A DNA stretch of 34,942 bases from an uncultured Spirochaetia bacterium (lineage in GTDB: Bacteria > Spirochaetota > UBA6919). The notes below the pieces were generated by a model. It was not told where the DNA came from, ran no database searches, and saw only the letters and a list, made by a program, of their open reading frames with translations. Below, in pieces: positions 8,507 to 16,580 of the stretch. The stretch covers positions 1-34,942 of the forward strand of contig CAJXGR010000002.1 in the NCBI GenBank assembly GCA_913053665.1, written 5' to 3'. Made by a program: the position numbers and the translations under genes. Every line of letters begins with the position of its first letter. Within the stretch, counting starts at the first letter, position 1.

Positions 8507-8792
8507 CCACTCCAAACCGGTAAATCTTGTTCCATTTTCCAGGGAGCTTTTTCCTAAGTTCTTTTAGCAAAGTTTTATTCTTCACATTTTCCTTAACGTA
8601 CTTTCCCTTACAAGGCTCCCAGCCCTCAGGAACTTTTCCTGATTCTTGGATCGAGTTAAATATTTCTTGAATATTGTTCATTTTAAAGATACCTTTTATG
8701 ATTTTTAAAATCAAGAAAAATATAACGTAAATAAAACTTAAAGACGTTTTTAGACTGTCCTTTTTTTTGCTTAAAGTTTTAATTAAAATCAT
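8439..8792 (-). CDS. Hypothetical small protein (cassette gene 1)
   Basis: An ATG at 8792 gives a hydrophobic N-terminal segment. An ATG at 8681 gives an 80-aa soluble form (MNNIQEIF...GVDGTEIHYFEHGSGKVFNVEIKR). No family was recognised. Confidence 0.45.
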   Translation of the reverse strand: MILIKTLSKKKDSLKTSLSFIYVIFFLILKIIKGIFKMNNIQEIFNSIQESGKVPEGWEPCKGKYVKENVKNKTLLKELRKKLPGKWNKIYRFGVDGTEIHYFEHGSGKVFNVEIKR

Positions 8793-8974
8793 CCGTTAAA
8801 GCTAACGGCTTTTATATACTTTCTATTTATTCTATCACAAGCTGAAGCTTTTTTTTAGTTATTTTTGCCTTGATTTCTTGAAAGTGCGCCTGAGTGAGAA
8901 AATTAGCACATCAATATACCCTCTATTTCCTGAACAAAACAGGTTTATCAATGGAAAATTAGCATCTTATAATG

Positions 8975-9058
8975 TATTTTTATGCATATTTATTGTACAG
9001 TCTCATCGAGAAATGGTTTTCTATGGGAGATTATAAAAAAAGAGGTTCTCACACATGA
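8975..9058 (+). pseudogene. Orphan remnant of a GT2 gene 3' end (...[23 protein letters not shown])
   Basis: In-frame translation mirrors the end of the intact GT2 ([19 protein letters not shown]). Its TGA at 9056-9058 overlaps an ATG (ATGA). Confidence 0.7.
9002..9042 (+). repeat. Right copy of the duplicated GT2 3' end (41 nt)
   Basis: ctcatcgagaaatggttttctatgggagattataaaaaaag. The three differences from 8014-8054 are all synonymous third-codon positions. Confidence 0.9.
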
Positions 9059-9089
9059 CAAGGCTTTTAAAGGTTCCAGGGGGCACTGA

Positions 9090-10616
9090 ATGAGTCACAA
9101 AAAGCTCTCTATTGTCTTTTATGCGTTCTCACTATTCTTTGTCATCCTACATCTGATCTATATCAATAGTTCTTGGGTCAATGCTGAACATTCTTTTGTA
9201 TCAGCGGCCAAGGCTCTCATCAATCCTGACTACACTCTAGGACTTGAGCAATACTGGAAAAACCAGGCCAATCCTCTGGGTCATCCCTTTGTGATGGCTA
9301 TATTTGCGTCTGTTTTTGGGATTTCTTCCTTTGCTTTTCGTTTACCCTCTCTGGTAGGTGCTCTCATCATCTTTTGGGTTGCTTATCATTTTTATTTAAA
9401 GAACCTTCTAAATAAAATCCATTGGACATATTTTATGGTATGGCTTTTCGTAACAGCTTTCAACCCAATGATCTGGGTATACAGTCATTCCGCAACCAAT
9501 GACATTTTGCCCGTTGGCCTAGTGGTCTTATCCTTTTACTTATGCTTTAAAGCCAGAAATAACTGGTACATCCACCTGATAGCCGGATTGATTTTTAGTA
9601 TAAGTTGTGTTATCAAATGGAATAGTATGCTTTTAGGCCTCGGATTTATCTACCTGTTGTTTTTCAATGACGAGGGCCGATTTGTTTGGAATCGGACAAA
9701 ACTTTATTACTCAGTAAGTTATACGCTTTTGCCATTAGCTCTTTTGGGGGTTTACTTTGCTTACATCTATACGAACTTCGGCATATTCATACTTCCTGAG
9801 AAATATAAAACAGTACACAGCTTTCATTTAAAAGGAGTCCTTTTAAACTTGTCCAACTATATCAGCTTTCTTGGCGTGATGCTTGGTTTCCTTGTAGTGA
9901 TTCCCGTTATATCCTATCTGAAAAAGGCTTCATCGAATAAAAAGATTTATTATACATTTACTATCACTGTTTTACTACTAGGCCTATTCTCATGGAATGT
10001 TTTCTACCACTTCAAGACCGGAGAGATGGACTTTGGCAGGTACTTTGACAGCCTCTTGGGGAAAGAAGGTATCGCTTTCATCAGGGTCACAGGGTTTATT
10101 CTATCTATTTATATTATTATATCCTTAGTGATAGAGGCTTATAAAAAGAAAAGTCGTCTGGCCTTCTTTATTTTAGTGACTGTAATACCCTTCATCATCA
10201 TTTCGTCTTTCACAAGACCTGCTCAGCGCTACCTATTATTCGTTTATCCCTTCGTTTCTTTTTATGTGATCCTCATATTAGGAAACCGCTTGCCCCGATT
10301 AACTAAATGGCTGGGTTGGTCAACAGCTTTTGTGTTCAGCGTATTAAGCTTTGTGAGTAGCTATTATCTGATTGAAACAGGATCAGCTGAGGAGCGGATG
10401 GCTCAATGGGCTTCCTCCAAGGGACTCATCAGTGAGACCAAGCAGGATTTTGGGGTGGGACATGCCGGACAGTACTTTTATAGAAACTTAAGGAGCCCAA
10501 AAAAGTATTTGATCTCAATAAGAGAACAGCCTCCAAAAGACTATCTACACAAAGAAGACGTCTATCTATTCGGTAAAAAGATAAGGTCCTACTATATATT
10601 TACTCTCCCTCGATAG
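9090..10616 (+). CDS. Polytopic membrane protein, GT-C fold glycosyltransferase-like (ArnT/PMT family 39/83-like)
   Basis: About 12-13 hydrophobic segments over 508 aa. A first loop after TM1 is followed by an NPLGHPF segment (compare the PPL motif of ArnT/PMT enzymes). Its genomic position directly after a GT2 is the ArnC/ArnT arrangement. Confidence 0.55.
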   Translation: MSHKKLSIVFYAFSLFFVILHLIYINSSWVNAEHSFVSAAKALINPDYTLGLEQYWKNQANPLGHPFVMAIFASVFGISSFAFRLPSLVGALIIFWVAYHFYLKNLLNKIHWTYFMVWLFVTAFNPMIWVYSHSATNDILPVGLVVLSFYLCFKARNNWYIHLIAGLIFSISCVIKWNSMLLGLGFIYLLFFNDEGRFVWNRTKLYYSVSYTLLPLALLGVYFAYIYTNFGIFILPEKYKTVHSFHLKGVLLNLSNYISFLGVMLGFLVVIPVISYLKKASSNKKIYYTFTITVLLLGLFSWNVFYHFKTGEMDFGRYFDSLLGKEGIAFIRVTGFILSIYIIISLVIEAYKKKSRLAFFILVTVIPFIIISSFTRPAQRYLLFVYPFVSFYVILILGNRLPRLTKWLGWSTAFVFSVLSFVSSYYLIETGSAEERMAQWASSKGLISETKQDFGVGHAGQYFYRNLRSPKKYLISIREQPPKDYLHKEDVYLFGKKIRSYYIFTLPR

Positions 10617-10652
10617 CTTTCCGTTGCTTGAGTCAGGGAATTAATCCTGAGT

Positions 10653-11984
10653 TTATTTAAATAGGCTGAGTCGATGTTTTTTTAAGATATCAAGCTTTTT
10701 ATAAAGATAATCATTGTCTGGATAAACATCATGGGCCCATCGATCACATTTTCGATAATCATTTGGATGACTTAGGATACAATCATGATAGGATCGCCTA
10801 TTATCCATAAGTTTCTTCCCACCATACACTAAGCCGCCACTTAACCCACTGTAATATCCTGTCATACCAATGACATAGGCAAATAGACCCAACAGGCTGA
10901 AAACTGTAACAAGATGCTTCTTGAATGGGACTCGATGCTTCTCCCATGCAGAGATTATATATAGCCAAATGCCAATATTCAATATGAGTGAAAATGTAAC
11001 ATACCTTGGAGAGGCCGCCTGATAAATCCCATTTTCCAATCTTCCAACCATGACTACAAGCATGATCAGGGCACCCAGTACAATGAGAGGGTTTTCTCTA
11101 TATAAATATATGATTGACTTTAATTTACTTGTTTTGTAGTTCAAGTAAAAACTATAGCTAAACGATGGGATGAGAAATAAAAGGTAGATTAATACAAAGT
11201 ATGGGTTTCTGGTTTGAGCGAAAGCATTTCCTATAAAGCCGCCACAATAGGCGATAGCCTCAAAAGGATTTTTGACAAAGAGAAAGGGATCTAAACCTTG
11301 ATTCCCCATCTTATAATTATATAAATAAGCAACGGTTATAATGATTGATGTGCCAAGTAGGAGATAAAACTTCTTATTGATTTTTTCTTTAAACAATAAT
11401 GACAATAGGAAATAGCCTGTTAGATAAAATCCAATAACCAGGCCCTGTGCGTGAATGAAAGCGGTTATTGTGATAATGACAATGAGTTTGAGCCAATGTT
11501 TATCATGACTTAGAAACTTCCTGAAGTATAAGTCAAAAAGTATCAGAAGAATAACCGTAGAGGACCAGGACATTTGAAAGCTGATTAGAATAGTGTCCCA
11601 ATGAGCGAGACTGAGGAATAGACAGGAAACTCCCAGGAAAAGGAGGACTAGCCAGACAAACGATTTCTTGGCGTATTTCTTTTTGAGTTCCAATAACACT
11701 ATAAACACACTGACAATGAGGAAAAATCCTGGTATGAAGCTTGATAGATAGAAATCCCAATGTGTTAGTCTGGCCCAAACATATACAAACAGCTTTTGCC
11801 AGATAACCCGATGTTCATTATGTTGCTGCCAAAGATAATCCCAACTTAATGACTGGATCCCTGCTGCCAGGTCTGTAAATTGCCACATGTCTGCGTGGGG
11901 AAGATCGAGGGCATTCTGAATAATAAAATAGACTAAATAGATCGTCAAAGCAGACGGTATGCCCCACAAAATGACTTTCTTCAT
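10653..11984 (-). CDS. Polytopic membrane protein (GT-C-like glycosyltransferase or polymerase-like; unassigned)
   Basis: Start chosen at the ATG at 11984, which has a GGGAGGGG RBS (MKKVILWG...). More than 10 hydrophobic segments and a soluble C-terminal tail. Convergent with the preceding gene. Confidence 0.55.
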   Translation of the reverse strand: MKKVILWGIPSALTIYLVYFIIQNALDLPHADMWQFTDLAAGIQSLSWDYLWQQHNEHRVIWQKLFVYVWARLTHWDFYLSSFIPGFFLIVSVFIVLLELKKKYAKKSFVWLVLLFLGVSCLFLSLAHWDTILISFQMSWSSTVILLILFDLYFRKFLSHDKHWLKLIVIITITAFIHAQGLVIGFYLTGYFLLSLLFKEKINKKFYLLLGTSIIITVAYLYNYKMGNQGLDPFLFVKNPFEAIAYCGGFIGNAFAQTRNPYFVLIYLLFLIPSFSYSFYLNYKTSKLKSIIYLYRENPLIVLGALIMLVVMVGRLENGIYQAASPRYVTFSLILNIGIWLYIISAWEKHRVPFKKHLVTVFSLLGLFAYVIGMTGYYSGLSGGLVYGGKKLMDNRRSYHDCILSHPNDYRKCDRWAHDVYPDNDYLYKKLDILKKHRLSLFK

Positions 11985-12081
11985 TATCCCCTCCCTAATA
12001 GTGAGCCCATTCATTTAATAGATAAATAATTTGTCAGCGGTGTATAGGCCATTGAAAATGGTCCCAACAATCTTTTTATTG

Positions 12082-12624
12082 TTATCCTGAAAGGAACACC
12101 TCGTCCAATAAACGCTCTAGGACTGTTTCATTCAGCTTTTTTATCTCACGTCCCATGATGATATTATCGTCTTCCCTGATATAGCCCCATGTGAGGGCCT
12201 TGTCGTCATCCTGATCATGGATTAGAAAGAAATGAGGCTCTTTCATATAGACAATTCTCTTTTCTATAATGGAGTTAAAGGAGTAAACCTTTCGATAAGC
12301 CCTGATGGATACACGCCCCAGGACACCTATGAAATGAATGCCTTCGGGGAGTAATTTCAGTTCACTCTCATTGTCTGACAGAACCAAGGATTCCACCTTC
12401 ATCTTCTCTTCAATGATAGAGTCTCTGGGGTCTTTAGAGATCATGATCTTGTGATACTTACTCTGGATCATTGTCCCGTCAACGATAGCGGTTAATTGTC
12501 TGTAGAGATCACCTAAAGAGTCTTTATATCGCTCCATTAGTATTTCTGGAGGGATCAAAGGCTTTTTTTTCTCTTGGTCACTAACCTTATTTTTAAACGC
12601 CCTATACTTTTGCGACCAGTTCAT
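12082..12624 (-). CDS. Hypothetical cytoplasmic protein (180 aa)
   Basis: Good coding potential. It starts 3 nt after the upstream stop and is the last gene of the folD operon. No family was recognised. Confidence 0.6.
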   Translation of the reverse strand: MNWSQKYRAFKNKVSDQEKKKPLIPPEILMERYKDSLGDLYRQLTAIVDGTMIQSKYHKIMISKDPRDSIIEEKMKVESLVLSDNESELKLLPEGIHFIGVLGRVSIRAYRKVYSFNSIIEKRIVYMKEPHFFLIHDQDDDKALTWGYIREDDNIIMGREIKKLNETVLERLLDEVFLSG

Positions 12625-12626
12625 TA

Positions 12627-13001
12627 TTACTTGATTACCTCTTGACCGAATAGTTTGGCTTCTAAAGCACGCTGCCTCATTTGATGGTCTTCCATAATGG
12701 CGTCCAGCTCATTATAAATCTCTGTGACTGCTTCAATCATCTCTCCCTCATCTTTGCCGACAGCGTTCTGAAGACATCGTTTTATCTTGTTCTTTTGAGT
12801 ATTCAACTTGCCAGAACTTTCTTGAACAAGGTTTCCATAGTCTCGAATATCAAATAAAGGAAGAATCATCTTTCTGAAGCGAACATTATTGATAAACCAC
12901 CTCTTTACGGACTTGGAGGCAAGGAATATAACAATGAATGTTCCCAACATACCAGCTAACAGACTAAAGATAATCTGATACTCCACTAAAATACCTATCA
13001 T
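12627..13001 (-). CDS. Hypothetical membrane-anchored coiled-coil protein (124 aa)
   Basis: ATGA overlap with the folD stop. N-terminal TM (IIFSLLAGMLGTFIVIFLA) followed by a helical, charged C-terminus. Confidence 0.6.
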   Translation of the reverse strand: MIGILVEYQIIFSLLAGMLGTFIVIFLASKSVKRWFINNVRFRKMILPLFDIRDYGNLVQESSGKLNTQKNKIKRCLQNAVGKDEGEMIEAVTEIYNELDAIMEDHQMRQRALEAKLFGQEVIK

Positions 13002-13849
13002 AAAGAATACTCCATCGAAACCTGCTGTCTAAAGGCTTCTATACAGTTCTCAAGTAGCATAATATTCGTGAGGCTTCCTACCCCACCGGGTACAGGCGTG
13101 ATCATGGATGCTTTTTCCTTAACAGACTCAAAATCAACATCCCCCGTCAGTCCATCATCTGTATAGTTCGTCCCCACATCAATAATAACAGCATCGTCTT
13201 TAACCCACTCAGTCTTCACATAATGTGCCTTCCCTATGGCCGCGACTATGACATCCGATGACAATAACTCTTTCTCTAAATCCTTTGTTTTAGAATGACA
13301 TAGAGTTACCGTCCCATTCCTCTCTGTGAGTAAAATACTCAAAGGTTTCCCCACAATGTTGCTTCTACCCAACATACAGACCTTTAAACCCGTCAAGTCT
13401 ATTTGATACTCATCGATGATAGTCATCACTGCCAGTGGAGTGCAGGGAATATGGGTTTTCTGCTTTAGAATGAGACGTCCTAGACTGACAGCTGTCACCC
13501 CTTCAATGTCCTTTTCAGGGGCTATCAATTCAATCACCCCATGCAGCTCCTTTGGAAGAGGCTGGTTAATAAGAATCCCATGAACACCAGCTTCTTTGTT
13601 AAGCTTTATAATCAGTTCAGAAGCCTCTATCAGGGATTTATTAGTGTAAGCATAAGATTCATACTGGATTCCCACTTTCTTGCAGGCTTTTTCGATACTT
13701 TTATTATACCACTCGCTGGCTGAATCTTCTCCCAGATTAACAGTCACCAACTTGGGAGTTGTATTCGTTGTTTCAATAAGACTTTCAACAATGAACTTTA
13801 GCTCGTCGCTGAGTCGTTTGGCAATAGGCTTGCCTTCTAAAAGTGTCAT
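12998..13849 (-). CDS. folD: Bifunctional methylenetetrahydrofolate dehydrogenase / methenyltetrahydrofolate cyclohydrolase
   Basis: LLEGKPIAKRL N-terminus, PCTPLAVM, GRSNIVGKP, TPVPGGVGSLT. Typical length of 283 aa. Confidence 0.9.
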   Translation of the reverse strand: MTLLEGKPIAKRLSDELKFIVESLIETTNTTPKLVTVNLGEDSASEWYNKSIEKACKKVGIQYESYAYTNKSLIEASELIIKLNKEAGVHGILINQPLPKELHGVIELIAPEKDIEGVTAVSLGRLILKQKTHIPCTPLAVMTIIDEYQIDLTGLKVCMLGRSNIVGKPLSILLTERNGTVTLCHSKTKDLEKELLSSDVIVAAIGKAHYVKTEWVKDDAVIIDVGTNYTDDGLTGDVDFESVKEKASMITPVPGGVGSLTNIMLLENCIEAFRQQVSMEYSL

Positions 13850-14466
13850 GGGTGGCTCACTTGTATGGATAGGTCTATCACCTTAAAGGATTCTTCTTTC
13901 AGTTTGTAGGCCTTGATGAAGAGTTCTTTCATTTGTGTTTCAATGTCTTGAGTGACTTCATGATTGTCTAAAGGCTTTAAGTTTATTCTCACATTGACCG
14001 CAGCAGCTTCCATAGTGCTGATCGACAGAATGACAGCAATAGCGGCGTCGCTGATCAGGTTCTTATTGCCGATTTCCCCGATCTGCTTGGCCAATTGGAG
14101 GATCTGATAGCCTTCATCCATCATAGACAAGGAGAAGTAAGCCGATTTTTTAAGGGCTTTTTTGAGGCGTTCTTCTCGTTGGCTGGCTTTTAGTTTATAA
14201 GTATCCATTATTTCTTGAAATATAATAACATCTTCTTCCATTTTGCCTAAGAGAGACTCCTTAAGGATTGATGCTTTCTCAATCATCGTCTCTACCTGAT
14301 TTTGGACATCCAGATACTTCTTTTTCCCCAATGTCAACCGACCCACCATTAACACAAGGCTAACGGCCTGAACGCCTGTGAGAGCCGCTACACTCCCTCC
14401 GCCGGGGGAGGATTTTTCTGAGGCAAGATCTGTAAAGAATGTGTGAAAAGGGCTATTTAAATACAT
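13846..14466 (-). CDS. Cyclodeaminase/cyclohydrolase family protein (FTCD C-terminal domain, FchA-like)
   Basis: SSPGGGSVAALTGVQAVSLVLMVGRLTLGKKKY matches the FTCD_C signature. The likely start is the ATG at 14466. The ORF-track N-terminal extension runs through a T-rich tract. ATGA overlap with folD. Confidence 0.75.
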   Translation of the reverse strand: MYLNSPFHTFFTDLASEKSSPGGGSVAALTGVQAVSLVLMVGRLTLGKKKYLDVQNQVETMIEKASILKESLLGKMEEDVIIFQEIMDTYKLKASQREERLKKALKKSAYFSLSMMDEGYQILQLAKQIGEIGNKNLISDAAIAVILSISTMEAAAVNVRINLKPLDNHEVTQDIETQMKELFIKAYKLKEESFKVIDLSIQVSHP

Positions 14467-14595
14467 GGATCCTCGTGTTTTCAGGCAAATAATACTGTTT
14501 TTTTTTATTTTTGTCAAAAATAGCTTTCAAAAAAGTGCTCCCTGCAGTACTATTTAACTTTGGATGAATAAAACTGAAAGATAGGGATAAGCCTG

Positions 14596-15246
14596 ATGAG
14601 ACATATTCTAGGCCCCAGATTATGGGATTTATACTCTCTCAGTTACGATTGTTTGGTGACCTATGTTCTTAAAAACGTTCGGAAAACCTATGTCAAGGAA
14701 CTACTTGAATTAACTGCTGCTGACAAAGAAATTGAGAACATCCTCATTGTAGGAGTTGGGACAGGACAGGAACTAAGCCTAATCGACACGTCTATTCCAG
14801 TTACAGGCATTGATTATAGCAAAGGGATGTTGGCCAGGACAAAGAAGTGGATTCAGGAAGGGCAAAAGGTAGACTTACACAGGATGGACGCTCACCGTCT
14901 GGACTTCCCTGATCAGAGCTTCCATAGGGTCTTGATGCCCCTCATAGTTGCAGTCTCACAAAACCCCTTAAAGGTATTGAAAGAAGGGGAACGGGTTCTC
15001 AAACCGGGAGGACGTCTTGTCATCTTTGACAAGTTCCTTCATAAGGATCAGAAACCTACATGGGGACGTAAAATCCTCAACTTCTTCTTTCAGATGGTTG
15101 CTACAGACATCAATATCAACTTTCACCAATGGCTTCCAGGACTTGAGAGCCGATTGGTAAAGGAAATCCCCTCCATCTTTTCAGGCATGTTTAAAATCTT
15201 TGTATTAGAGAAAAAGACGGATAGAGATAACCATAGCAGCAAATAA
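14596..15246 (+). CDS. Class I SAM-dependent methyltransferase
   Basis: Motif I ILIVGVGTGQEL, GIDYS, post-motif LKPGGRLVIFD. Confidence 0.8.
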   Translation: MRHILGPRLWDLYSLSYDCLVTYVLKNVRKTYVKELLELTAADKEIENILIVGVGTGQELSLIDTSIPVTGIDYSKGMLARTKKWIQEGQKVDLHRMDAHRLDFPDQSFHRVLMPLIVAVSQNPLKVLKEGERVLKPGGRLVIFDKFLHKDQKPTWGRKILNFFFQMVATDININFHQWLPGLESRLVKEIPSIFSGMFKIFVLEKKTDRDNHSSK

Positions 15247-15344
15247 AAGGGATTGATTTAGTCTTCAATCTGGAGGGCAGTAAATACTCCTAGAAACGAT
15301 TATCTCATATTTTATTGGTATTTTCTCCTTTGGGTTAAAAAAAA

Positions 15345-15851
15345 CTAGTAGCACCCCTCGTAGACCTCATATTTCCCTGAATTACCGGCCATATGAAGTA
15401 TCTTTTTAATCTTTTTTGAGTTAGCCAAATCTATAGGTGTTTTCCCGTCATTATTCCTGGAGTGGGGATCTGAGCCATGTTTTAATAGGAGTTTTACAAC
15501 TTTTATATATCCTTGTTTGGCTGGCCAATGCAATGGGGTCATACCCTTAAAGTTTTTGGCGTTCACATTGGCTCCATGGTCAATCAGGACCTTGCAAACT
15601 TCCAGATGATTGTAGGCGGCAGCGAAGTGTAGGGCTGTCATTTTACTACTATTTTTGGAATTGACATCCGCTCCCTTTGCCAATAGACTTTTCACTTCTT
15701 GCAATTTGTTCTTTGAGGCGGCATTACGCAGGGATTTGTTTATTTGAGGATTCCCCTTGGTATGGTCTGAGCATTGTACAGCTAAAATGCTGAGAGAAAT
15801 ACATACAGTAATCCACTGTATAAGCCTGCGTTTTTTATAGCGATGAATCAT
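15345..15851 (-). CDS. Ankyrin-repeat protein with N-terminal signal/anchor sequence
   Basis: Start at the ATG at 15851 (MIHRYKKRRLIQWITVCISLSILAV...). Three to four ANK units (TALHFAAAYNHLEVCKVLIDHGANVNAKN, MTPLHWPAKQGYIKVVKLLLKHGSDP). Confidence 0.8.
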   Translation of the reverse strand: MIHRYKKRRLIQWITVCISLSILAVQCSDHTKGNPQINKSLRNAASKNKLQEVKSLLAKGADVNSKNSSKMTALHFAAAYNHLEVCKVLIDHGANVNAKNFKGMTPLHWPAKQGYIKVVKLLLKHGSDPHSRNNDGKTPIDLANSKKIKKILHMAGNSGKYEVYEGCY

Positions 15852-15945
15852 CTTTCTTTGTCTCCTTTTGTATTGAAAGTTAATGGATTCAAGTAAATTA
15901 CGGTGATGTCCTACTAAACTTTTGTTTTGGTTTGTCACTACCAAT

Positions 15946-15987
15946 AAATATACTTATAATTCTTTTCTATCCCAAATTCTTTTTAGG
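15946..15987 (-). repeat. Copy 1 of a perfect 42-bp direct repeat with a promoter-like motif (upstream of the ankyrin gene)
   Basis: aaatatacttataattcttttctatcccaaattctttttagg. The minus strand reads TTGGGA-N17-TATATT. Confidence 0.9.
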
Positions 15988-16005
15988 CAATCATTAAACA
16001 AGACC

Positions 16006-16551
16006 TTAAATCAACTCAGAATAACGGACTGAAAGGTTTGGGAAAACTCTGGATTTCAACGGATCATCAGTCTTAACCAGGTTGTAAGAAACAAACTTTG
16101 ATTTTTCCAGGACAAAAACTTCTATACTCTTTTTCCGTGGGTCCACAAGCCAGTATTCCCTCACACCGAACTTCTCATAGGCTTTAAACTTGAGCCCTCG
16201 ATCCTTCTTTTCGGTTGACTTGGAAAGGATTTCAACAACCAGGTCGGGGGAACCAAATATCCCACGGTCCTGAATGATCTGTTTATTTTCCTTGGAGATA
16301 AAGACAATATCCGGTTGGAAGGTGTTATTTTCATCAAATATTACATCAATAGGAGAAGAAATCATCTGTCCAAGATTATTTTCTTTTAGAAAAACCCATA
16401 GCATACTAGACAGGTTTCCTATAATGATTTGATGTTCAGAACTAGGGGAAGACATTTCAATCAATTCTCCTTCGAGGACTTCGTAGCGTTTCTCATCATT
16501 TAGTCTGTAATATTCTTCATAAGTCCATTTCTTTTGTTTTGTTACAGCCAT
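16006..16551 (-). CDS. Uma2 family endonuclease (DUF820, PD-(D/E)xK-like)
   Basis: WTYEEYYRL...RYEVLEGELIEMSSPSSEHQ...PDIVFISKEN...PDLVVEILSKST...KFKAYEKFGVREYWLVDP is the characteristic Uma2 pattern. ATG at 16551 (GTG at 16560 in the ORF track). Confidence 0.85.
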   Translation of the reverse strand: MAVTKQKKWTYEEYYRLNDEKRYEVLEGELIEMSSPSSEHQIIIGNLSSMLWVFLKENNLGQMISSPIDVIFDENNTFQPDIVFISKENKQIIQDRGIFGSPDLVVEILSKSTEKKDRGLKFKAYEKFGVREYWLVDPRKKSIEVFVLEKSKFVSYNLVKTDDPLKSRVFPNLSVRYSELI

Positions 16552-16580
16552 AACGGTCACCGTCCCATGATCTATAAAGC

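Noticed and set aside
8439-8515. Idea that the two cassette ORFs are one gene split by a frameshift, or joined by programmed frameshifting
   Set aside because: No slippery heptamer or homopolymer is visible in the overlap, and the two parts have very different composition. The idea cannot be supported from sequence alone. The overlap more likely reflects an over-extended start for the downstream ORF.
8793-8808. Hairpin ccgttaaagctaacgg at the cassette border considered as an integron attC-like site
   Set aside because: The stem is only 6 bp, there are no attC R/L box features, and no integrase or attI is present in the window.
12040-12081. Imperfect hairpin ggccattgaaaatggtcc followed by a T-run, considered as a terminator
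   Set aside because: The T-run is on the plus strand, where no gene ends. On the minus strand, after the 180-aa gene, there is no U-tract, and the stem has a bulge. The evidence is too weak.
14498-14512. T9-A-T5 homopolymer tract upstream of the FchA-like gene as a phase-variation switch (also A8/T8 runs at about 12571, 30911 and 32635)
   Set aside because: Such runs are expected in AT-rich DNA. Without population or read-level length variation there is no evidence for phase variation.
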